Shown piece by piece: positions 13,669-26,511 of a DNA stretch of 64,000 nt. The notes beneath the pieces were generated by a model. The model worked only from the letters and a program-made list of their open reading frames with translations, did not search any database and was not told the DNA's origin. Within the stretch, counting starts at the first letter, position 1. Each line of letters starts with the position of its first letter. The DNA is taken from assembly GCA_043228905.1 (NCBI GenBank), contig JBHGNT010000015.1:14198001-14262000 (forward strand). The letters are read 5' to 3'. The stretch comes from Azolla caroliniana. Its lineage: Eukaryota; Plantae; Polypodiophyta. Made by a program: the position numbers and the translations under genes.

Positions 13669-13955
13669 TGTTGGCATTAAATGCCGACTCCTTTCACTTT
13701 GTATCTTAGTGTAAACACGTTCAAATAGTTAGGGCTTAGTATATAAGCTCTAACCTAACACTATAACAATAAACTTCTTGTATCTTCAGTCTTTGTGAGT
13801 GTAAGAGTTATAGAATAACAAGAGCTTCCATTAGAGCTTGAATTGTGTCTACCTTTTCATCCTTTCTTCTGTCATATTCTCTGTGTTGTTTGCTGTGCAC
13901 ATAATCTACAAGTCCTCACATACTTCCGCATACGTATTGAACACCATATTCAACA
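13669..13955 (+). mobile_element. Solo LTR (287 bp, Copia-like)
   Basis: TGTTG...CAACA termini, flanking 5-bp TSD gtgtt/gtgtc, internal TATA (tatataag) and a cttccgc motif also seen near the ends of other LTRs in this window. Confidence 0.75.
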
Positions 13956-15085
13956 GTGTCAAACCTAAACCATCAAACGGTTTTAATCAGAAACCGTTAA
14001 GCCAATTAAGGCTCAAACCAAACCAAACCAAACTATTTACAAAAACTTGAACCTAAATCGCATTGAATGTGTAAAAAATTAAGTTGTTAAGCGTAGTTCA
14101 GTTCGTTTAAACCCAAACCATTGCTGATTGCTATCCACAGACACATTCCTAAGTGCTAAATCAAGGTTTTATATAAGTTAGAGAGGGGTTTGTTTCTAAT
14201 CGTTGCATCTCCACCTTTAAAGTATTTATTATATGTAGTAGATTCCCACACTCATGACTTCGATGTTAGTCTTTCAAATGAAAATTGACTCTAACTAGTT
14301 GCTAACCTATTTAGAATCTCTCATAAGAATTTATATGCGTGTTGACAGTTAAGTTGGATGAACATCACCATGCATGATGAGCATATGTTTTCTTATTGAA
14401 AAGTCCATGCCCTAGGCTGATAACACATCAATATATCCTCTTTGAGACTAGGAGTAAGGCAATGACACAACTCTCCATAGATTGTGAAAGTTGACTCACT
14501 AGAAAAATCTAATATAGTGGTATGGGTTAGATGGATATATTGAAAAACATTATATGTACATTGTCAAACCCATAAAGTGAGTGTAGCCAACCAACTTCGG
14601 AGATATATTTGGTACACTAGAAGTTATTAAGGAGGAAATAAAGCCTCTGATGAAAAATCATAAAAGGACCCTTTCATTGGCACAAACATAACACATTAAC
14701 GACCATTTGGAAGAAGTAAATCTGGGAGTACTTTAACAAGTGCTACAAATGGGAATTGATAACTCAATTGGATCACAAATCATTATAGTCCTTAGACACT
14801 ATTCCTTAACAAAGTTGCATGGATACACATTTTGTCTGGGTTACTATTATTGATTGAAAGATAATCCATTGGTAGTTGGTTTTAAGGCCCAAGATTGGTT
14901 AATTAGTTCGATGGAGGATATGATCTTCCCCTATCTTGTTTTTTATTTATCCCTTATTTGGGTTTTTTGGATGCAATGGCGTGTTCTCCACTGGATAATT
15001 TGTGGCATTGGATGTTATCGAAAATGACTACCAAGTCTTTTTTATTTTTATAGTTTTTTTGTAAATCTATTTTTGTTATTGAAAC

Positions 15086-15325
15086 AAGATGATAATACAA
15101 CCCTTACAATCCCCACTCTTTCCTTAGTAGCGATATAGCAAGGTAAACCCTCTCATGTGCTATATTAGTAGATGGGATAAATCTACCTCATATTTGGACA
15201 ACCTCCCCATACAACATAGTTGTGAAAATTCCAAATAAACTTTTCTTTTAGCCTACAAAGTTGTTATGGTAACTCATGAAGTCCATCAAACAAGAGCCCA
15301 TTTCTCATAGTCTAGTGAAGCCAAT

Positions 15326-15365
<40 letters not shown>

Positions 15366-15633
15366 GGTAGTCTTGATTGATAATACAACCCTTACGATCC
15401 CCACTATTTCATTAGTAGCGATATGGCAAGGTAAACCCTCCCATGTGTTATATTGCTAGATGCAATAAATCTATCTCATGTTAGGACAACCTCATTGCCA
15501 GATGATTTCCCTTTTAGCCTACTTTTTGCCAACAGAGCATTTGTACTAACTCATGAAGTCTATCAAACAAGAAACCATTTGTCATGGTCTAGTTAAACCA
15601 CATCCCCCAATACCTAAGGTAGTCAAGAGTACC

Positions 15634-15670
<37 letters not shown>

Positions 15671-15704
15671 CCTGGCATATTTGACCTCCGAAGATGATAA
15701 TACA

Positions 15705-15706
<2 letters not shown>
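15086..15706. repeat. Direct duplication of about 230 bp with microsatellite-anchored inverted repeats
   Basis: gataatacaacccttac...tctag occurs at about 15091-15320 and 15379-15595. (GA)n-gttggtagtcttgatt is inverted against agtcaagagtaccaac-(TC)n. An (ATCT)n tract follows. Confidence 0.75.
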
Positions 15707-15740
<34 letters not shown>

Positions 15741-15741
<1 letters not shown>

Positions 15742-16910
15742 ATTGCTTTTATATGCGGATAACGTGGTTAACTTTTTATATGATGTTGATGGTATGCAAC
15801 GTTTACTTGGAGGATTAGAGGCATTTTGTCAAAGTACTAGACTAGCGGTAAATGTGGATAAAACAAAATGATGGTAATGCAAACCATCCTGCCTCACCAA
15901 GACTCGATGCTTACATACAAGGGAGAACATGTACAATTTGTACAAAGCTTTAAGTATCACCAGTCACAAATAAATGGAGTCTATACTTTGAGTTCAGATT
16001 TCAAGTTGGTTGGAAAAGTCATTATATGTTGCCAAATAAATGCAACTAGCATGATACTCATGGATGAGAAGTGAAACTAATGTTATTTAATGACATGGTA
16101 GCACAAGTTTTGCTTTATGGAGTAGAAATGTGGGGAGAAATTATGTCTCTTAATGCATGGAATGAGATTGAGAAGATTCCAAAGATTGGGACTCGGGAGT
16201 AAAATCCACCACCTATTATAAAGTTATGCTCTTGGAAACATGTGTTCAACCTATAGAGATATTTGCACTACAAAGAGTATATGGATACATTAAAAAAGTC
16301 AAGAATATGCCAAATCTTAGATTACCACATCTTGCTTGGAATGTTAGATGTAAAGTACAAAAGAATCCCAAGAGCAAAATTCTCTCATCTGGTTGGGTAG
16401 TTGACATTAAAAATTGGTTCAAAAAATGGGATGTGGAATATCTCCTAGAGCTTTCAAGTGATGCTATGAAATATGTAGTTATTGAGGAAAGATTAATGGA
16501 TCAACTAAGGAAGAAGTGGAAAGATGCTAAAAGGACAAACTTAGAATATTACATTGCAAACATCAATCATGAATGTTGGGGAACTATCTAAGCCAAGAAG
16601 TCTATTGATCGTATTCAATCTTAGCTCATTACTAACATGAGTATTAAGTCTCATAAAGCCCTAACACTCCCTCACATTGATCACGCAACATAGGTATTGA
16701 AGTTGCATTATGCAATCAAAATCAGCCAAATATAAAGACATGCAAGGTAGCAAGGACGAGCTAGTAGAGTGTGAATATCACTTTCTTTGACATGCTCTAC
16801 AAATAGTGCAATTCGTGAAAGCTAAGATGATATATTAAGAGGTGTCATGACTTGAGCATCACACTAAAGGGAACACCTAGAAGGTTGAGTTTATATGTGT
16901 ATGCCTTGGT
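15741..16910 (+). mobile_element. 5'-truncated, decayed non-LTR retrotransposon (RTE/RTEX-like RT C-terminal part)
   Basis: LLYADNVV (YADD-like), LEAFCQSTRLAVNVDKTK, VQSFKY, VLLYGVEMWG and a C-terminal EYHFL Cys/His-motif remnant. Confidence 0.75.
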
Positions 16911-16978
16911 GCTTCAAAGTATGAATATCCCTTCCTAGGTAGGAGACACACATCAAGATAACTTTTGGTACTTAGGTT

Positions 16979-17990
16979 CTATGGGTCAATAATTGCCTCT
17001 CTATGGACGCCAAAAATACCTATCTCTCTCTCACACACAAAATCTTGATCATAATCAGGATGATCAATTGTCTTCAATAGGCCAACAAAAGAGAGAGTGC
17101 ATGTGTTGATGTAGAAACTGCACAGCACATGTTTCAATGCAAGGTCATTATCATCCTCATGTAAGGAGCTTATAAATCTGCCTAAGGTGTAGGAGTGTAC
17201 TTGTCCACCTTGGAGAGATTGTGTGAGGTCAACGTATTGAGCGATTGATGGTGGGAATATTTCTTTATGAATGGTACTATGAAGTGTTTGCTCTTGATTC
17301 TTGAGCTCATTCTTGGAGAAAAATTTACACACATTGATATAAAGTATTCTATAATCAATTATGAGGTTAAAATTGTGGGTACGAGAATGATTTTGCATAT
17401 CTTTGTATGATACACATTTGATACATGTGGTTGGGCAAGTTAGTTCATTTCCTTGTATCCTAACACATGTGAGATCAATTTGAATATTAACTTTTCTTTC
17501 ATCCTCATTTGCATTCTGCACAGCTCCTACAAAGACTTGATCCAATGTTAGTCTTAAATCTTTGCATGTTATGTGTGTAATGTGCTCATGATGTTTGTTT
17601 GCTTTTTGGTTTCTAGCATTCTAGTCTTCGATGAGTAGGTAGTGTGCCACCATGGCGAGGTACTTGTGGACTCTTACTAGTGTTTGGAGCTCAATAGCAG
17701 GGTTAATTCTTGTTATTAAGAGCATAATTGAGTATGAGCTAATGGGGAAAATGATGTATAGCTTTGAAGTTCAGTGTAAAAATCATAGTTTGAATTTTTG
17801 TTTTTCTAGGTTGTCAGGAATAGGCAAGAATGACACATCAAGATTAAATTCTGATTGGAATTTTTTGTGTAGTAGGTTAGGAAAGTGATAATCGATTCAT
17901 ACCTTTATCACACTAGATGATACCTATGTAGTTCTAGCTTATGTTCCTGTTGATGTCAACACTCTTGAATAGGATGTTCTTGGATAGTAT
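16979..17990 (-). pseudogene. Unidentified degenerate coding remnant
   Basis: A 188-aa ORF (16979-17545) in AT-rich DNA with protein-like sequence continuing upstream through isolated stops. No family recognised. Confidence 0.3.
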
Positions 17991-19959
17991 GACTAAACAT
18001 GTGCTGTTTCTTCATCATCAAGAGATGTCAATACATTATTAGATAAATATGAAATCAAACGCCAAAATTTGCAATTTGGAACATGTACTTTGGATATTGT
18101 GAGGATAACTATGAAACATAATCACATGTCTTGCCACGTTTCCATTATCTTGGAATGCATGCATGCTTCCTCATGGAGATAAAAGAATTTGATATGTATC
18201 ATATATAGACTAAGTGACAACATACTAAAACTAAGTGGACTATTTTCTTGTCAAGTTAATGATTCCTAATTGCTATAATATATAAAATATATTGTAAAGT
18301 TCAACTTTTTCGATGCATTCACATACAAGAGGATTCTATGTTTGTTATTGGAAACCAAGCAAGGTGACACGATTTGAATTATGGGAACTGTTGAATTGTG
18401 AAATTGGTGACTCATTTATTATCCACACGCATATACTTAGATATTTCACATGTTATCCCTAGAGAGATTTCTATAATCTATTATTTAACCACGTGTGTAG
18501 TATGATTACATATCAACAAATTAATGTGTGTAATGGATTCCAAAGTCAAAAGAATCTAGAGCGTTGTGGGGAATTATTTTGGCAAGCAAGTGGTAGGTGA
18601 GTTTTTAAAATGTTTTGAAGACAACTTGTAACAACCAAGGCAATCATATATTCCATTGAGTTGGCAGCCATATGAACATTCTAACATCCAAAATATTTTG
18701 CTACAATATCATTTATAAAATCTATAATTTAGTGTTTAATATTTATTGTCTCAAGATGGATAAATTTAAACTTGTTGTATACAAATTAAGAGACATGGAC
18801 CATTGCGATAGCTATTGCCATAATAACAAGAAATACTAAAGTACTTCAATATACTAAGGAGCATATGATGGGGTGCTTTTAAGTCCTTATGTTGTCTTTG
18901 TGTATACCATTTGAATAATTTTCTATTCATTTACTGAGTTTTCACAATAACCTTTTAAAAGTTATCCATTGCAACGTTGGTTTTGTTCATGATCTAGAAA
19001 CTATGTGTTTTATGCCAACTGCATCCTCCATGTACTTTAATGAGAACCTTTATGCAAAAGACTCTTCAAAAAATGGATATAGAATTTTAATAGTATAAAA
19101 TATGGTCATAGATATGTTAGAGATGTGTGAGGGACATTTAATGAAAATTGTATGGTTAAGAGAATTCATGGTTGCACATGGAATAAAAGGTTATAGATGG
19201 ACATGTGTATATCATGGATTATCTTGGGTGGGCCATGAATGGATAATCATAGAGATGTCATGAGTGAATCATGCATGCAACATGGAGAATAAAAGTCAAA
19301 CTATTAAAAGTTTGCTAATGACAAAGTTGTGTAGTCTCCTTGATTGACAAAGTCACCCACCACTTGCTCGCCTCATGAATATACCTAGAACTTTTGATTT
19401 TAAAGACTGTTTTTTCGAGGATTTAAATTGTGTTTATTCTACCAACATGACTTTGTGCCAAATGGATTAGTTGATTATTTTTCATTCTTAGCACCAAGTG
19501 AGAGCTCTTAATAATCTTTACTTTATCTTAATTATTATTATTTCTTTGTGTTAACTTTGTTTAACTTTGTAATAATTTTGAATTTGCGCTCAATGTTGCA
19601 TTAATAATTATAATATTTTACTTTCTTAATGATAAAGACATTTCAAAAGTCAAAGAAAAGGTTAAGATATAGAGAAAAATAAGTAAGATAATTGTAACGC
19701 AAAGCATACACAAGGGAGAAGCAAGCTCTACAACTAAGGCTTTCAAAGAGAATAATGAAAACCAAACGTGCAAGAAGAAACCCTTGGGTCTAATATACAT
19801 TTCCTTTCTTAACATGCTCATGTGTGAGAGTTCAAAATATTCATGTTGGAGGGACTATCAAGGTCCCATCGATTAAAGTCAAGCGAGTGACAAGTGGTGT
19901 CTATGGTCCAACATATTTGAACCTCCCACCTCATTAGAATGCTCCTTAATTCTTTGCTT

Positions 19960-22568
19960 CTTTATTTCATTGTACTAACGAACCGTTATATATTCAATTG
20001 CGTTGACAACCGAAATGTCGGTCCTCTATTCACGTTGGTTTTGATCTTGTCAAAGACCAAAAAGTAACCAGAAGACACAAATTCAATTATGAAATCAACA
20101 TAAATGATAAAGAATTGAAATCCAAAAAAATTTGAGGTACTCAATGTATAATCCTTACCAAGCAAGGTTCTCTATACCATGGCAACGAGATCTCAACACT
20201 TGAGCCATAGAATATCCTTGGTCCATGCTATGAAACACAACTATTCTCCAGAAGGAATCTGCGGTCAATTCCGCGAAATTCTTTACCATTTTCTCTAATT
20301 CTTTGAACTTGAACGGTTCATCATCATATGTAGATCCAACCATATGGAAACCGTATGGAATATCTGCAATCAAAAGTGTGTACTCCTTCTTTGGCAGTTT
20401 CTAGACCATCTCGCACACATAAGCACAATAGACATTATAATATAATTCTTGAGTTATATCTTTCTTTTCGCGGAATTTCTTGAAAGTGCCATTGTCCTCT
20501 ACGCCAAAAGCTTTCACTAAGCGTCAATCCTTTTCTTTTCAAGCCCTTTGAAGGTGTGCCAGAAATGATGTCGAGAAGTTGTGTATGTCTTTCACTTCTC
20601 CTAGCTTCTTGCTACGACATGGTTTCTAATGAAAAGAACATAAAAAGTAATAAAATTGTTACTACAAAAAATATATACAATATTAGAAAGCCGATTAAAA
20701 GGAAAATACTAACCCAATCGTTAAATGCAATAAAGTATTCTGATAACGCCTTATAGGAAGAAGTTATCAGATATTCTTTGGTCACTTGGTCCCATGTAAA
20801 GCAACCAAGTTGCTTCATCATAACCTCTTGAATTTTCATGTAAACCAAGTTGTGATTATAGAATCAAATCAACACATTAGAACTTATGATATCCTATTAT
20901 GTCCTAACACTTACTATCTAATAGAATGACAATAAAGTAATGAGTCTTACTTGTTAACTTCTATGACCATTTCCTCCAAGCTCAACTCTTTCGCCATGAC
21001 TCGTGACAAAACTGAAACAAGCAGCTGCTCATCTTTAATACCTTGCATTGCTCTCCACAGAGACAACTTCATGTCGCCCGCCACTTCTTCATTGGTCAAA
21101 TCTATTTTCTTGGCTGCTGTTGACTTAAGTTCTAATTGGGGGTCCACTTTTGACTTCTTCCATCGTTGGCCCTTGACCTCCTTGTTCTCCCACATCGTAA
21201 AGACTTGATCTTGTAAATCCCAGACTTCACCCTCTCTAAATGCTAGTTGGAACCACGGCTTGTATTTCCTAATGCCATCTGACTTCACGACATCATCCAC
21301 CACAATGCCAACCTCAGGAAGACATCGATGTCGAAGTTTTGAGTGCAACTTTGTATCGAATTTCCCCTTGACGTCGAAATATTCGTGATGGAAGAATCTG
21401 ATGTGCTCGATCAATGTCCTTTTTTGCCTATAGTTGTCATCGTTATTATGGTCCAAGGCAAGCAACGTCGCCTCTTTTGTTGTTAGGCCCACATATATTT
21501 TGCATTTGGCATACTTAAAGAAAATATTCATCGGATGTTCTTTGATGAGCTGCCTTCGTGCTTTGGTCATGCATTCTAACATTGAACCTTTTTTATGTTT
21601 GCACATTCATTAGGGTCAACCATTACTATAAAGGGCACAACAGTTGCATGTGGGTTTATCTTCATTTTCTTCTTTAGATTCAGGACGTGTAGTTTGTGGG
21701 GCTCTCTAATCTCATGGGGTCTTCGTCCAATTGTCGAATCGACAATGAGCCGATGGATGTGTGTAATTGGGAGGTTGAATCCTTGCCCTTTTCTAACAAG
21801 CTTCCTTTGCATTATTTCTTTTCGAATTTTATTTTGTTCGGATGATAAGACACCATATGATAGCATCGCCCCTAGTGTTGAGTGTTTATCTTCTTCATCT
21901 GTTGAACTAGAGTCCTCCGATTTTGACATCTTTGTAATTTTTCTCTTTGTAGGCCTTTGATTGAATGTTGGCCTTCTTTGGTGCTGCCTTCGGTAGTGAT
22001 GGTGAAGGCTCTCTTAATGACACATGACCTTCTATATATGGTTACAAGGTAGTCATCAAGTTACTAGATGTTTCAATGGCCTTCTTGAAAGATTCAAGAC
22101 CACATGAATCTTTCACTAAAAGATCTTCCGAAACATACATCTTACTAGTATTATTAGATTCATGGAATCGGGGTCTTCGTAATCAAGTCTTAATATTCAG
22201 CCATAACAGAATGGACATTCTCTTTTCAGTTTCCCAGGCCCCTTCTTCCATGATGTTAATAATACAACCTTTTTATGGGAGTCAACATACTGCATTGTCC
22301 ACTCTAGGTCCATTATAACTTTGTCGGGCAAAGTCTCTCTACCAACAACTGCCACCATCTGCTCTTGGCTAACTTCATCTAATGGTTGTCTATTCATTTC
22401 ATCCTCAAGTATTAATTTCTTTGCTTTTTGAGAGTATGTGAAATCTTGATTTTTCGAGCCCTCTACAGGGGAGTTCTAGTATTTTAAATGGATCTTCTTT
22501 ACTAGTTGGCCTTCCTGGTGTTCTGTAGACCTTGTAGACCTATTGGACGAAAGGGTTTAAGCCATCAT
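19960..22568 (-). pseudogene. Intron-containing ParB-like + N6/N4 DNA methyltransferase fusion gene (decayed, 3'-truncated)
   Basis: ParB-like: EIREPHKLHVLNLKKKMKINPHATVVPFIVMVD...ARRQLIKEHP...CKIYVGLTTKEATLLALDHN. MTase: KLPKKEYTLLIADIPYG...IVVFHS...ENLAW|IKTN...VNAIEYITV. GT donors at 20950, 20713 and about 20158; AG acceptor before 20625. Confidence 0.7.
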
Positions 22569-22904
22569 GAACATGGAGAAAGGGAATATTGACATTTTAT
22601 GACTTCAAAATCAAATTATTGAATCAATGGTCTTAAATACATGGTGTTTAGGTTGAAAATCATGTCTAGCAATAATATATGGCCACAATTGTCCTATTTT
22701 TCGCTTTAAAAAGTAAGTTTAAGCCAATTTATTGATGTTAACATAGACCTTAAATGCTCAACATTTTCTATGAAATCTGTGAAATCTGTCAATTTTTTAC
22801 CACCAAAATGATTTATAATATCAAATTGTGTTGAAAAGAATCATTGTCAACACTAATTCCATACAATTTATGGAGTTGGTGCAATCCCCCTATTCTTTTT
22901 GACA

Positions 22905-23372
22905 CAACTCCATACTATGTATCGAGTTGTTAATCCAAACTCGATACATTGTATCGACTTGTGTCACAAAGTCGATAGAATGTGACACAAGTCAATACAA
23001 TGTATGGAGTCGTCAACACCAACTCGATACATTGTATCGACTTGGTGTTCACAATGTATCTTATTGACTTGGTGTTCACAATATATCGAGTTGTGTACAA
23101 ATGTACTCAGTGAGCACCAACTCGATACAAGGTATCGAGTTGGGGTTAACAATTCAATACATTGTATCAACTTGTGTCACATTTTATCAACTTTATGACA
23201 CAAGTTGATACAATATATCGAGTTGCATTAAAAAGATGCATTATATGCACCAACTCGATACAATGTATCGAGTTGATGTTATACTATGTATCGAGTTGAT
23301 GCTACCAACTCGACACATTGATGCTATACTATGTATCAAGTTGGTGCTCACAACTTGATACATTGTATCGAC
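22905..23372. repeat. Array of 23-bp palindromes AACTCGATACA(A/T)TGTATCGAGTT containing a 115-bp inverted repeat
   Basis: Roughly ten full or partial copies, for example caactcgatacaatgtatcgagttg at 23251-23275. Arms 22938-23052 and 23110-23224 are reverse complements; ORFs 22964(-) and 23004(+) translate almost identically. Confidence 0.92.
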
Positions 23373-26300
23373 AAGATATTGGGAGATATGAAATGTAGGT
23401 CTGCACAAAAAGGTTTTTATAGTTAGGGGCACTAACCTAGAGTTGGCCTACTCAATTTTCTTTCAAGACATGGTGTTGTGTATTGGTTCTGCCGTTGAAG
23501 GTGGATGTTCGAGCCTGAGGTCTAAGAGAGACTGTAGGTTGTAAGTTTTTGTGGGTGCTCTGTCCATGGTCTTTGTGTGCTCTATTCTCTCTTCGTGTGT
23601 CGTGCTCTATGATCATCGTTCTATGTTTTGTGCCTTTTCAAAAGGACATGTGCCTATTTCTATGGCGCAAGAACATAGATCGTGGGTTGCTATGGTTTAG
23701 TTAAGATAACTAGGGTTAGATTTAGGTTAAGAATAGTTAGTTTATATTTACTTTAACTTATTAATAGTGTATAGTTGGTTTACAAATTTTGTGGGGGGTT
23801 AATTTATAGTTAGTGTATTGGTTATTTAACTTACCTCCTATTTAATTTAAGTCGACTATATAGGAATGATTTAAGTGTTGTTAGTTTAGGGTTTAATATT
23901 AGTTATTTTTAGTTATGTTAGAGTAACCATATTAGTTTAACTTATTTATAGTTAAAGATATAGTTTAACCATATTAATTTATATTCTTAAATATTTAAGT
24001 AATTATATATTTATATTTATATGTATATCTTTTTATCTATATATTTTAATTTATTTAAATATTTATATACACATTCTATTGCTGAATGCTCTCTTATATT
24101 GTTCAAGAGGACCTCATTTGAACACCAAAGTATCATTCGGAGAGGATCCTTTGTGCTAAGAGTCATGAGTCAAAACTCACCATTTTCTGTCGATGAATAT
24201 TCCATGTCGACAGGATCAACTTTTTCTTTCGAGAAATATTGCCTAGGTCTTCCATCTCCTCAATCACCACAAATTGTCGAACTAAATAAGAAGCATTCAA
24301 TTGATGAGTACGACTACAATGTGGAGTCAGCCAATGAAGGGAACATCAATCAAGCAAGCACAACTGTTGCGGCCAGTGCACATACCAACAATCTTGAATT
24401 AAATGATGTTGCAAACGTATTTGTAGAAGATATCCAGTCGTCAAGCCCTATAAATTTTCGGAGGATTCCATGTCGAATACGTCGACCTAGGTTTGACATA
24501 GTAACATCAGAGAGACAACTGTCATTAGATGTCTCCAAGTCATGTTGTGCTCGTGGTTCCATGCCCATGTTTGGGAAGAATAAGTTACGGGCATTGAGAC
24601 ACTACTATTTTTCACTCATTGGTGATGAGCAAGACACTAATCTTGCAACACACATGCAAATGCTTCCCAACTTATCAGTTACATCTCGATCTGTTTTGAG
24701 TATTACCTATACAATTCCGACCAATGCTATAGAGTTGCGTTTAAAATTTCCTTATGTGTTAGCAACATGAGATTACATAGAGTGCAACAAAGAGTTCTCA
24801 ATGGTGATGTTAGTATATCAATTGCAAAAATATTCCAAGTATGAAAGGTGCAGCTGAAAGACATGCCATCGGTTGGATGAAGAACTACTTTAAACATAAT
24901 TGTGAAGTAATGTGAACTATAGGTAGAATGCATCTGTCAGATAATTACACTCGATGAGAAGTATAGGATGCCTAAAAATTGCAAATGTATATGTCAACTG
25001 ATAAATACGTCACCTACAACCAATTTACAAGATTGTGGACAACATGATTTTCTAACGTTATTATACCTTGGAAAGTATGCAAGGGGTATTGTTCAATATG
25101 TGCAAACCTCAAGAGCACGGCTAAAGGTGCCAAGACAACAAAGGAAAATGAAATCCATAAAACATTGTTACAGGACCATCGCGAAGCCCAAGCGTCGGAG
25201 TGAAAGAAAGCCATGCGCCATAGAGAGAAGTCATTGAAGAATCCGGAACAATACATGCATCTAATGATCGATAGTATGGACCAAAAGAAGCCGTGTCCAC
25301 CTCATTTGAGAAGGTTTCCTAAAGATGTTAATGATGAATGTCTCGTTCAAATGCATTTGGTGGGTTGTGGCTTATAATGGGACAGTTAAACCCCATTTTT
25401 TAATTACTTACCCAAATGTCCACAACAACCCCAACCTAATAGTTACGGCAATTCAAAGGGTTTTAATGGGTTGGGGGCACCCCTTGCCCCTTGTTCTCTA
25501 CATTCAATTGGATAACACAATTAGGGAAAACAAGAATTCAACTGTCTTCAGATATTTAAGTATGTTGGTGAACCAAGGTGTGTTTAGGAAAGTAAAAGTG
25601 AAGTTCCTTTTGGTTAGTCACACACATGACCATATTGATCAAATGTTCAATACATTCTCAAGACATATGTCTAGATTTGATGCTTTCACATTACCGAAGT
25701 TACGTGATGTCATTTGTGAAGCATATATGCCACATTCAAATGTGATCCACTTAAAAGAGATATATGAATTTAGGAGATACATATCAAATGGTGGGGAGGG
25801 GAATGCGAAAGTTTTAGTCCAATTAAACAATATAGGCTTCAATCACATTTTCTTGATATTAAAGAAAAATGATATAAGTGGTTGTACATTGTTACATGTG
25901 ATGGAAATAATCGAAACTTTCCGATCTTCACCTCTCGGCCACAACCAAGGAAACACACGAATCGTTGTTGCAGAAAATGGGAAATGCGAAAAATAGAGTG
26001 GACACACGATTTATCGTGGAAAACCCTGTACGGGAAAAACCACGGGAGTACAAGACTCCGAACCAAAACTATGCACAGAGAAGTATACAATGGCGAGCTG
26101 CAAGGCGACGACCTTGAGCTCGCTGTCCTCGCCACAGGCGGCGGAAATACACAGAGGCGTCGACCTCTTCCTCTCTCACGCTCTATCTCTCTCTCGCGGC
26201 TGCTCTCTCTTCACTCCTCTTGAGTGGAAAAACAGAAAAAATAAGAAGCAACATAAAACTGTTTGCCCTAAGTCATATTTATACACATATGACTTTAGGG

Positions 26301-26511
26301 CTATTTACAACTATAGCCTCAAGGGCCCTTAGCAAACATATTCACGGATATGTCCCCGCATCCGGATCTCTCTTCGGGTACATTCGTCATCCGGCTCCGA
26401 AGCCGGGGTCTTCATCATCCGGTTCCGAAACCGAAACCGGGCTCGTCGGCATTCATCTCCAACATCCGACCATCCCATCCGAAGGGACCGTAGTCCCAAC
26501 AAACTCCCCCT

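Larger units (their letters stand above)
6271..14131. mobile_element. hAT-like MITE or non-autonomous TIR element (outermost layer of a nest)
   Basis: Imperfect terminal inverted repeats gcaattggcaatggttcggtt (6271) and acccaaaccattgctgattgc (14111-14131). Many AAACC(G/A) subterminal motifs at 6285-6335, 13365-13420 and 13960-14120. No clean TSD. Confidence 0.55.

Noticed and set aside
14140-19950. Left TIR of the large Sola-like element
   Set aside because: I searched by eye for gtggaaggat and gttcgcgttcac and found none, so the element is treated as truncated.
22905-23372. CRISPR-like array
   Set aside because: Spacers are short, irregular and repetitive, there are no cas genes, and the context is eukaryotic.
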